From contig JBGSON010000004.1 in assembly GCA_041739085.1 (NCBI GenBank), positions 2,366-66,365 on the forward strand: a stretch of DNA of 64,000 bases, given 5' to 3'. The notes below the pieces were generated by a model. The model was not told where the DNA came from, searched no databases, and was given only the letters and a program-made list of their open reading frames with translations. Below, in pieces: positions 33,736-41,615 of the stretch. Position 1 is the stretch's first letter. Every line of letters starts with the position of its first letter. The DNA is from Candidatus Altimarinota bacterium. GTDB lineage: Bacteria > Patescibacteriota > Gracilibacteria > CAIRYL01. A program made the translations under genes and the position numbers.

Positions 33736-34638
33736 ATGAGATTTCCAATCATTCCAAACACGAAGCTCTGGTTCACCATTTCCGGACTCGCGCTCGCGGT
33801 CAGTATTTTTTTCCTCTTCTCTCCTTCCTTTGGACTGAAACTGGGGATTGATTTCACGGGAGGGAGCAAGATGTATCTGGAATTCGAACAGAAGGTAACG
33901 AGAGAAGATTTCGACACGATTTTTCGTTCGGCAGTCGGAAATGAAAAGGGAGAGACCGTCGTGGAATCAGGGGAGAATGCGATCATCGTCCGGTCCAAAG
34001 TCCTCGAAAGCAGCGAGATAACCGCGCTGAAAACAGCCTTCGAAGATGCTGGAAAATCATTCCTTGAGGAGAAGATGCGTATCGAGACTGTCGGTCCGAC
34101 ACAGGGGGATGTTCAGACACGAAGAGGGATCATCGCGGTCGTGATCACGTCGCTCGCGATCATCATGTTCATCGCTCTCGCGTTCCGGAAAGTCCCGGAA
34201 GGACTTTCTTCCTGGAAGCTCGGAGTGGCGGCTGTTATCGCGCTCATCCATGACGTGACGATCGTTGCGGGACTTTTTGCATTCCTTGGAAAATATTATG
34301 GTGTGGAAGTGGATACGCTCTTCATCACTGCCCTCCTCACGGTCATGGGGTTCTCCGTACATGATACGATCGTCGTTTTCGACAGGATCCGGGAGAATTT
34401 GAAAGGGGAATCGATAGCTCATCTCCCGCGCATCGCAGAGACGGCAGTCTGGCAGACGATGGCCAGGTCTGTTCAGACCTCCATGTCCACGTTTATCGTT
34501 CTCACCGCCATTTTCTTTGCGAAGATCGAAGGGATTCATTTCTTCACCCTCGCCCTCATGGTCGGGATCTTTGTGGGGACATACTCTTCGATATTCATCG
34601 CGTCTCCGCTTCTCGTCCTCTGGTCAAGGAAGAAATAA
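33736..34638 (+). CDS. secF: protein translocase subunit SecF
   Basis: Trimmed to ATG 33736 (MRFPIIPNTKLWF). 6 TMs, with GIDFTGGS, LIHDVTIVAGLFAFLG and MGFSVHDTIVVFDRIREN. Confidence 0.85.
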   Translation: MRFPIIPNTKLWFTISGLALAVSIFFLFSPSFGLKLGIDFTGGSKMYLEFEQKVTREDFDTIFRSAVGNEKGETVVESGENAIIVRSKVLESSEITALKTAFEDAGKSFLEEKMRIETVGPTQGDVQTRRGIIAVVITSLAIIMFIALAFRKVPEGLSSWKLGVAAVIALIHDVTIVAGLFAFLGKYYGVEVDTLFITALLTVMGFSVHDTIVVFDRIRENLKGESIAHLPRIAETAVWQTMARSVQTSMSTFIVLTAIFFAKIEGIHFFTLALMVGIFVGTYSSIFIASPLLVLWSRKK

Positions 34639-34639
34639 A

Positions 34640-35947
34640 TCATCGTCTCTTTTTCCATCCATCGATCACCTGAAGGAAAGCGAGGATTTGCTGCCTTTTT
34701 TCTTCGGCATAGCCTAAAAGCACTTCAGCATGTTCTGCGATCCCCGGAGGATCGATGATGCAGAGGGAACGTTTTTTTTCCATACATTTCGCCCGAAGTC
34801 CTACGTGATGCAAATATCCTAAAACGATAACATCAGGGGTATATACAGAATCGACAAAGTATTCTTCCCGCTTCCCGGATAGCGCAGTCATTTCCTCTCC
34901 CGTTACCCGCAGATAATTGCGCAAATCCATTTCCAGTTTTGCGGCCGGCACCTCAACATCCCCGATAAGGACAAAATCCAAGGATCGCGTCTCTTTGTTA
35001 AAAAGAGGGCTGATGGCCGTTGATTTTCGGAAAAGCGCGTTGAGATGTGTCAAGAATGTTCTCGCGGGCATTGCTTTCTCTTCTATGTAATGCCCCATCT
35101 CATCATAGAGAACCGGTTCCTCGATCCCATAAATCCGGATGTCCGGTATGCCGAGGAGGAGAATGTACTTCAAGACATTTTCGAGACCTCTTTTGTCCAT
35201 CTGCTCCACGATACTGAAGAATAACTTCTCATTCCCCGCGAGCTCGGCTCCTGAAGGAAAGCTCCTTCTGCTTTTCTGGAGTTTTTCCGGCAGATTGTTC
35301 AATACCATGGAAACATCACTGGAGATGCCTTCCAGGCCGATCTTTCTCATGCCTTTTTCCTGTAACGCATGGAGCACACGATAGACGTTGAAGAGCGATT
35401 GTTTTGTTTTCGCATCATACTGAGTCCCTTCCGTCGTGAGATCTTCATGCCTCCAGCCGATAAAGACGAGCGGATCTTTTGGATTCTCATCATCCGCTCC
35501 TTCCGGATGGATCCATTCCACTGTCCCGAGGCGGCGCTCAATAATGAGATCCGTTGCCCTTTTCCAGCGCAAAGCGTCGTTGCTTTCCGGAGAAGCAGAA
35601 GTCACCTTTGGAATTCCATTGTGAGGCGTGAAAACGTGAGGTGGTGGTGTCGGATTATGAACTACGAGAGGGATTGTTTCTTTTGGAGCGTGAAAAGGTG
35701 CTCTTTCTTTGATGATCTCCCCGATGACTGCCCCGCTCAGTCCCATGAAAACCAGTGCGAACAAAAGCCGGTTTCTCGTAAGGCATGAATGAAGTCTGGA
35801 GAAAAAGAGGGTACTCTGTTCATTCCCTGCCTCGGATCGAGACGGCGCATCTGGTCTTTCCTGAGGTGCAGAGTCCACATTTTTTTGAGCTCCCCGAGGA
35901 TCCGACAGAGGCTCTTTTTGCCGGAAGTGTCTTTTCTTTTTTGACAC
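34640..35947 (-). CDS. membrane-anchored hypothetical protein, paralog A (possible TraB/Tiki/ChaN-like fold)
   Basis: 435 aa, GTG start. Basic N-terminus, one TM, then WIHPEGADDENP...FIGWRHEDL...IGLEGISSD...IYGIEEP...REEYFVDSV...VIVLGYLHHVG. Colinear with the downstream paralog. Confidence 0.65.
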   Translation of the reverse strand: MSKKKRHFRQKEPLSDPRGAQKNVDSAPQERPDAPSRSEAGNEQSTLFFSRLHSCLTRNRLLFALVFMGLSGAVIGEIIKERAPFHAPKETIPLVVHNPTPPPHVFTPHNGIPKVTSASPESNDALRWKRATDLIIERRLGTVEWIHPEGADDENPKDPLVFIGWRHEDLTTEGTQYDAKTKQSLFNVYRVLHALQEKGMRKIGLEGISSDVSMVLNNLPEKLQKSRRSFPSGAELAGNEKLFFSIVEQMDKRGLENVLKYILLLGIPDIRIYGIEEPVLYDEMGHYIEEKAMPARTFLTHLNALFRKSTAISPLFNKETRSLDFVLIGDVEVPAAKLEMDLRNYLRVTGEEMTALSGKREEYFVDSVYTPDVIVLGYLHHVGLRAKCMEKKRSLCIIDPPGIAEHAEVLLGYAEEKRQQILAFLQVIDGWKKRR

Positions 35948-36047
35948 AGCGAAGAAATGAGTGAGCTATCATAGCAGAGGGGTTCACTATGTCAAATTTT
36001 GTCCTGACGCAAATAGATGTTGAAAACTAATGACGAAAATTTAGCGT

Positions 36048-37262
36048 TCATTTGGCCGATCCCGAAGAGAGAGTTTCTTTTTTCCGGATTTGTGAGAGTA
36101 GCATCTCTGCGATCCTCTGCTTCGCATCATATTCCCTCGTGTAATCTTCTAGATATTCCCGGACTCCCGTCGGGAAGACCACACACACGGACCTCCCGTT
36201 TTCCGGAAATGTTCTCGAAAAATTCTGGGCGTGAACGGCGCCCATAACGATGACTTCGGCATCAAAAATATTCTGAGCGACATACCGTTCCCTTTGTTGG
36301 GCGAGTTCCCCCTTCATGAGCGAGTCATTCGCGAGATAATTTTGGAGAATGGTGATCAGGGCTTCCCTCGAGAGACGAGTATTGCCGAACGTGTATTCAG
36401 TTTCTCCGTTGATGTCAATAACTCCGTAGCTTTGTGGTCCGTTCGCAGAGAGAAAACTCAGCACCTCGTCGCCCCGCGTTATTGCGGTTCGAAGTCTTGA
36501 AAATGTCTCTTTGAATTCAGCATTCGTCTTGGGATTCTCCGTCCCATGGATGGAAACATTCGCGCTCCAGAGATTTCCAAAAATATCGATGAATTCCGGA
36601 TTTCCCCGGAGGAGTTCTTCAAAATACGTGGCGTCTGAATAGGCGCGCGAGCGGAGGACTTCGACTTGAGAGGATGGGAGAGGCGCTCCCTGAAGATCAT
36701 GAACCCCTTTCGGTTCATACTTTGTGTCCGCACTCAGTCCCTCCCAGGCGATCCGTGGGCGGGAGGAAGAATTCGCAAAGACCGTGAGGACTTTCAAAAT
36801 ATTATGGAGAAGCGGAACGGTTTCGGGAAGAATATTTCCATTGAGATCTTCATGAACGAGAGCGATCACTGCCGCCGGGCGTGCTGGATGCTCATCATCA
36901 GCGCCTTCCGGATGAAACCACTGCGCTGTTCCAAGCTTGTTCGCTTCAATGACGGGAACGATATCGCGCCAGGGATATTTCCGGATTTTCTCTTCACGGG
37001 ATAAAGTCGGAGACGGAAGAACCGGCTGAGAAATTTGTGAAGCCGGAACATCTTTTGAAATTTTCGGTTCAACCGGGATTCCCCTTTCCCGCATTTTCCA
37101 CATGATCGCCGATCCGAAGAGGAGGATGCAAACCGTCAAAAGCACCTTCGGACTCACATCGCGGAGAGCGGTGATAAATTCGTCATGACTCCTGCTTCTT
37201 TCTGGAGAGGGATGCAATTCTTTTTTCCCCGATGTTTCGTTCTGCTTCTTGCTTCTTCCCAT
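36048..37262 (-). CDS. membrane-anchored hypothetical protein, paralog B
   Basis: 404 aa with the same architecture: WFHPEGADDEHP...VIALVHEDL...IAWEGLSAD...IHGTENP...RERYVAQNI...VIVMGAVHAQN. Confidence 0.65.
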   Translation of the reverse strand: MGRSKKQNETSGKKELHPSPERSRSHDEFITALRDVSPKVLLTVCILLFGSAIMWKMRERGIPVEPKISKDVPASQISQPVLPSPTLSREEKIRKYPWRDIVPVIEANKLGTAQWFHPEGADDEHPARPAAVIALVHEDLNGNILPETVPLLHNILKVLTVFANSSSRPRIAWEGLSADTKYEPKGVHDLQGAPLPSSQVEVLRSRAYSDATYFEELLRGNPEFIDIFGNLWSANVSIHGTENPKTNAEFKETFSRLRTAITRGDEVLSFLSANGPQSYGVIDINGETEYTFGNTRLSREALITILQNYLANDSLMKGELAQQRERYVAQNIFDAEVIVMGAVHAQNFSRTFPENGRSVCVVFPTGVREYLEDYTREYDAKQRIAEMLLSQIRKKETLSSGSAK

Positions 37263-37322
37263 GGTGAAAATGAAGAGATAGAAAGTAACATATCCTCTTC
37301 TTTTCGGAAATGGAAAATCCGG

Positions 37323-38360
37323 TCAAAACCGAAAATCATGCGAAAGATTCACATCCACGCTTTCGGGCGTGAAACGTTTTTTCTCGGTGGGCGAAGATTT
37401 TGAGTAAATCCCGAATGCCGCAGCAGCGATCATTGCTCCGTTGTCGGTGCAGTATTCCAGCTTTTCCGGAATTCTGGTCGAGAGATGTCTTTTCTCCGCC
37501 TCTTCTTCAAACTTTTCCCTGAGGCGCTTGTTCGCAGAAACTCCTCCCGCGAGATGGACTTCCCCCGCGTTCCATTCGTCCACGGCACGGAAAAGTTTGT
37601 CGATGAGCGTATCCACGATCGCTTCCTGATACGAGGCTGAAAGATCCGAAATTTCTTTATTGGAAAGCTTTTTCTCTGAAGTCCGGTGTTCGATTTCGTA
37701 ATAGAGCGCTGTCTTGAGGCCGGAGAAGGAAAATTCGTAGTTTCCACTTTTTTCCATCGGTCTCGGGAAGTGGACGGCATCCTTCTTCCCTTTCAGGGCA
37801 ATCTTCGCGAGAGAAGGGCCTCCGGGATAGGGGAGTCCGAGAAGCCGCGCACCCTTATCAAATGCTTCCCCTGCGGCATCGTCATTTGTCCCTCCGAGTT
37901 TCTCGAACACAGCGGGAGATTTCCAGAGGTAGAGATCATTGTGTCCGCCGGAAACGGTGAGTGAAACAACGGGGAATGAAGGCGGATTCTTCCTCTCGAG
38001 GATGTTGGAAAAAAGATGCCCCGCAATATGATAAACGGGAATAAGAGGCTTTTTATAAAGCATCGCGAGAGTCTTTGCAGACTCGATCCCGACGAGGAGC
38101 GAGCCGAGAAGCCCGGGGCCGTTCGCCACCGCGACCGCATCGATCCTTTTCCATGAGGCTCCGGATTTCACGAGAGCATCTTTTATCACCGGTGCGATTT
38201 TCATCGCGCTGTCTCTTGCAGCGACTTCCGGGACGACTCCGCCGGTCTTCACATGGAGGAGCTGTGAGGAAGCGATGACATTCGAGAGGACATTCCACCC
38301 GTTTTCCACGACTGCGGCCGCCGTTTCATCGCACGATGTTTCGATTCCGAGGATGAGCAT
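37323..38360 (-). CDS. tsaD: tRNA N6-adenosine threonylcarbamoyltransferase
   Basis: 345 aa with ILGIETSCDETAAAVV, HIAGH and AGGVSAN motifs of the Kae1/TsaD family. Confidence 0.92.
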   Translation of the reverse strand: MLILGIETSCDETAAAVVENGWNVLSNVIASSQLLHVKTGGVVPEVAARDSAMKIAPVIKDALVKSGASWKRIDAVAVANGPGLLGSLLVGIESAKTLAMLYKKPLIPVYHIAGHLFSNILERKNPPSFPVVSLTVSGGHNDLYLWKSPAVFEKLGGTNDDAAGEAFDKGARLLGLPYPGGPSLAKIALKGKKDAVHFPRPMEKSGNYEFSFSGLKTALYYEIEHRTSEKKLSNKEISDLSASYQEAIVDTLIDKLFRAVDEWNAGEVHLAGGVSANKRLREKFEEEAEKRHLSTRIPEKLEYCTDNGAMIAAAAFGIYSKSSPTEKKRFTPESVDVNLSHDFRF

Positions 38361-38390
38361 GAGAATTTTTTACGCGAGGGTATTGTAGGA

Positions 38391-38437
38391 GGAAGCAGGC
38401 AAGCAAGCAAGCGGGCAAGCGGAAAAAGCCGTTCAAA
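38391..38437 (+). repeat. 8-nt periodic (G)CNNGCAA-type repeat (family 2)
   Basis: ggaagcaggcaagcaagcaagcgggcaagcggaaaaagccgttcaaa. It shares aagcaggcaagc and gcggg.aagc with 57089-57148, and gttcaa with 41453-41515. Confidence 0.6.
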
Positions 38438-38517
38438 TTTACTGAATTAAGGGTTTTATGATGACGAACTCTGTAGCTGTTTTTTCGGAGATTCCTCAGG
38501 ACTCTTGTTCATTTTCT

Positions 38518-38540
38518 GGAGCAGATTTTTAATCTGCTCC
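38518..38540. repeat. perfect 9-bp palindromic hairpin
   Basis: ggagcagat-tttta-atctgctcc. Confidence 0.6.
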
Positions 38541-38692
38541 TCTGGTTTCGATTGCGGAAATTGTATACTTAAAAATGGATTTTCTATCTTCAAACCATCT
38601 CTTCCTTAATCGCAATACCATGACTCATTCGAAACGAGAGGAGTATGTTACAAACATGCTCCAGAAAAAAGAGTGCGGCGACATATCTCAGT

Positions 38693-39115
38693 TCATACTA
38701 CGAAATTTTGGGTGTTTTTTAGTAGGCGCGCATGACAATGCGCGCCTACAAGGCCACATTTTGTGTCCACCATCCCGTTATTATCATCTTCAAAACCGTT
38801 CTCTGTTTCATTGATCATGACAATTCCATGAAAATGATCCGGCATGACGATCCATTCATCAATGATGACATTTTTGCGGATATATTTTGTATTTTCCCAT
38901 TCCTCCGCGACAATTCTCCCGATTTCCGACAACTGCATTGTTTGATGTGCAGCACCTTTTGTCCCCACAATTTTTCCGAAAAAATGTTCCCTGTTTTTTG
39001 TACAGATCGTGATGAAATAAAATCCAGGGGATGAATAATCCCAGTTTTTTAATCGCATGGAAGAAACGCGGCGTCTCACCTGGAATTCCGAAGATCCATT
39101 ATTTTCTTTTTGCAT
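38693..39115 (-). mobile_element. IS200/IS605-like Y1 (RAYT-type) transposase homolog, apparently 3'-truncated
   Basis: WDYSSPGFYFITICTKNREHFFGKI and the HUH motif MPDHFHGIV. The ORF stops about 45 aa after HUH, so the region that normally carries the catalytic Tyr is missing. AT-rich context. Start taken as ATG 39115. Confidence 0.6.
38722..38749. repeat. perfect 12-bp inverted repeat GTAGGCGCGCAT-gaca-ATGCGCGCCTAC inside the 3' end of the RAYT-like ORF
   Basis: Read directly from the sequence. It begins GTAG and ends CTAC, as REP elements do, and it encodes VGAHCHARL in the ORF. Confidence 0.7.
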
Positions 39116-39283
39116 TGTTTTTCGTGAAATATATGTATTGTAAGAGAAAATGATAATTAATTTTCTCCTGCAAAAGGTATGGAACGGGATTTCATAATTC
39201 ATGAAAGCTTTCCTGTGCCCTCTTTCTGTCGATTCATGTCATCAACAGGCATATTCAATGGAAGTCGCCCAACTGAGTACAAA

Positions 39284-39769
39284 CTACCCAACCTCCGCCA
39301 CTATTACGACATAGTTTTTCCCGTACTTCTTCGCGCATTTCGGGCAGGTCGTGTACCACATGTACGTTTTTTTCGAAGTGAGATTTTTGCTCGTGAGGTA
39401 TTCCTCAAAATCCTTGAGCCATTTCCCGGTGTCCCGGTACGGCCCTTCGTACACCTTGCTCATGAATTTTCCGCTGAGCGTAACGTTCTCGGCGTCCGGA
39501 ATTTCCTTATCCACTGCGAGATAGAGATCCATATTCCATTTCGACGTATGATCCGACAGGCAGAGCCAATCCGGCATTTTCGCATTTGCTTTCTCAACTT
39601 TTTCATTGAGTCTTTTCATCACGCTCCCGAAATTCAGCGGCATGTAGAAGAAGGTAAACACGTTGTCTTTAATGAAGGTTTTATTCTTCCATTCGAAGGT
39701 TTTTTCGTCCCAGGGTTTCGGATCGAACTCAGGGCAACACTCGTCTTTTGGATTATATGATGCGGTCAT
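39284..39769 (-). CDS. conserved hypothetical protein (CPKCAKKYGKNY family, often annotated 'hydrolase' in Firmicutes)
   Basis: Trimmed to ATG 39769 (MTASYNPKDECCPEFDPKPWDEK). The C-terminus is YTTCPKCAKKYGKNYVVIVAEV. The family resemblance is from memory of Bacillus proteins of about 150 aa. Confidence 0.6.
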   Translation of the reverse strand: MTASYNPKDECCPEFDPKPWDEKTFEWKNKTFIKDNVFTFFYMPLNFGSVMKRLNEKVEKANAKMPDWLCLSDHTSKWNMDLYLAVDKEIPDAENVTLSGKFMSKVYEGPYRDTGKWLKDFEEYLTSKNLTSKKTYMWYTTCPKCAKKYGKNYVVIVAEVG

Positions 39770-39961
39770 AGGAATATGAAAAAATGATTGCTCATAGTAT
39801 ACGAGCATATCGGATGTATTAAAAACTGATTTTTCCATGACCAAGCCTCCGTCAGAGAATCCGCCGAGCGGGAAAATGGGTGATTTTTTTCCATTTCTTC
39901 CAAAAAAAATTGCACTTTCTTTGCTTTTTTCCGACAATACATTCATCTTTCCCCCTTCCCC

Positions 39962-41452
39962 ATGTCTTTCTCAGCAATCCTCAATCATTTTTCAAAGGAA
40001 GCAAAACTTGGTGTGGAACCAAGACCGTATTTCAACCACGCTGTCCAGTTCAAAAAAGTCTACTCCCGCGAGGAGAGGATGAAAGTGCTCGAGGAAGTCG
40101 GACTCAATGTGTTCTTCTTCCCCGCGGAAATGGTGACGGGATGCGATATGCTCTCCGACTCAGGAGTGACGACCATGACGAACGAACAGTGGGCGTCTCT
40201 TCATTTCGGGGATGAATCGTACGGATCGAACGCCGGCTATTTTCTTCTCCGCGACGAAGTGCGGTCGATCTTCGGAAAGGATTTCTGGAATGACCAGACC
40301 GCAGGTTCGCCGAACGCGTTCCTCTTCCATCAGGGGAGAGCTTGCGAAGATGCTTTGTTTTCCCATCTCAAGAAAGTAGGGAAAAATCTCATCATTCCGA
40401 GCAACGGTCATTTTGATACCACACACGCGAATATCGAAGCGAACGGGATCAGGGCGGTGAATCTCTTTTCCCCGGAACTCAAGGATGAAAAATCAAAAGG
40501 GCTCTTTAAAGGGAATCTCGATATCATCCGCCTCAAAAAATTGCTGGAAAAATCACACAGCGAGATCCCTCTTGTCTACATCACTGTGACAAACAACACA
40601 GGGGGAGGACAACCCGTTTCCCTGGCGAACATCCGGGAAGTCTCGGAGCTCGTTCATTCCTACAAGATCCCGCTCTTCCTCGACGCGTGCCGTTTTGCGG
40701 AAAACGCGTGGTTTATCCGGGAGAATGAAAAGGAATGGCAGGGGAAGTCTGTACGGGAGATCGTACTCAAGATGTTCTCCTTTGCCGACGGATTTACGGC
40801 AAGCTTTAAAAAGGATGGCCTCGCGAATATGGGAGGAGGACTCTTCATAAAGAACAAAGGGTTTTTCCACAAGAAATACCCTTTCCTCCTCGATGAACTC
40901 ATGAACTATCAGATCATCAAGGAAGGACATCCCACCTATGGCGGAATGTCCGGACGGGATATTATGACGCTGGTATATGGTCTCCGGACAATCGTCCGTG
41001 AAGAATACCTTACCTTCAGGATCCGGCAGATCCAGAGATTCGCGGAGAAGCTCACGGCCGCGAAAATCCCGATCGTCCTTCCCGCCGGCGGACACGCGGT
41101 GTATCTCGATATGAACCGGTTCTTCGAAGGGACAAAGATGAAGCCCGGAGATTTCGGGGGAGTCGCGTTCACCGCAGTTCTCCTCGCGGGATACGGCCAC
41201 AGAGGATGCGAACTGGGATATTTTGCGTTCGGGTCCTATGATCCGAAAACGGGAAAAGAAACTCATCCGGAAGTGAATTTCGTGCGTTTCGCGATCCCGA
41301 GACTCCGGTATGAGGATCCGGATCTTGATTCCGTCGTCGAAGCGATCCGCGAAATCCATGAACACCGGAAAGAGATACCTCCCGTCGATGTTGTTTCAGG
41401 GAAAGAACTTTCCCTCCGCCACTTCAAGGCGAAATTCCGGTTCCGGAGTTGA
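39962..41452 (+). CDS. tryptophanase / tyrosine phenol-lyase family PLP-dependent beta-eliminating lyase
   Basis: 496 aa with TNNTGGGQPVSLANI, DACRFAENAWFI, the PLP-lysine context SFKKDGLANMGGG, EGHPTYGG, and C-terminal LRHFKAKF. It is colinear with E. coli TnaA. I cannot separate Trpase from TPL by eye. Confidence 0.85.
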   Translation: MSFSAILNHFSKEAKLGVEPRPYFNHAVQFKKVYSREERMKVLEEVGLNVFFFPAEMVTGCDMLSDSGVTTMTNEQWASLHFGDESYGSNAGYFLLRDEVRSIFGKDFWNDQTAGSPNAFLFHQGRACEDALFSHLKKVGKNLIIPSNGHFDTTHANIEANGIRAVNLFSPELKDEKSKGLFKGNLDIIRLKKLLEKSHSEIPLVYITVTNNTGGGQPVSLANIREVSELVHSYKIPLFLDACRFAENAWFIRENEKEWQGKSVREIVLKMFSFADGFTASFKKDGLANMGGGLFIKNKGFFHKKYPFLLDELMNYQIIKEGHPTYGGMSGRDIMTLVYGLRTIVREEYLTFRIRQIQRFAEKLTAAKIPIVLPAGGHAVYLDMNRFFEGTKMKPGDFGGVAFTAVLLAGYGHRGCELGYFAFGSYDPKTGKETHPEVNFVRFAIPRLRYEDPDLDSVVEAIREIHEHRKEIPPVDVVSGKELSLRHFKAKFRFRS

Positions 41453-41545
41453 GAAAGTGTTCAAGAGAGAAAGTGTTCAAGTGTTCAAGCGAACAAGCGT
41501 TCAAGCGAATAAGCCATTCTTTTCTCTTTTGTGTTTTTTCTTTCC
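41453..41545 (+). repeat. composite intergenic element: 8-nt periodic GTGTTCAA-type repeats (family 2) followed by a family-3 pyrimidine tract
   Basis: gaaagtgttcaagagagaaagtgttcaagtgttcaagcgaacaagcgttcaagcgaataagccattcttttctcttttgtgttttttctttcc. It starts directly after the lyase stop codon and is homologous in order and sequence to 57089-57202. Confidence 0.7.
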
Positions 41546-41615
41546 GCTTTCAATTTGAATAAATTGATATTTTCATCGGTTTCCCCGTAGAATGCTTCTG
41601 CTTTTTGCTCGTCCT

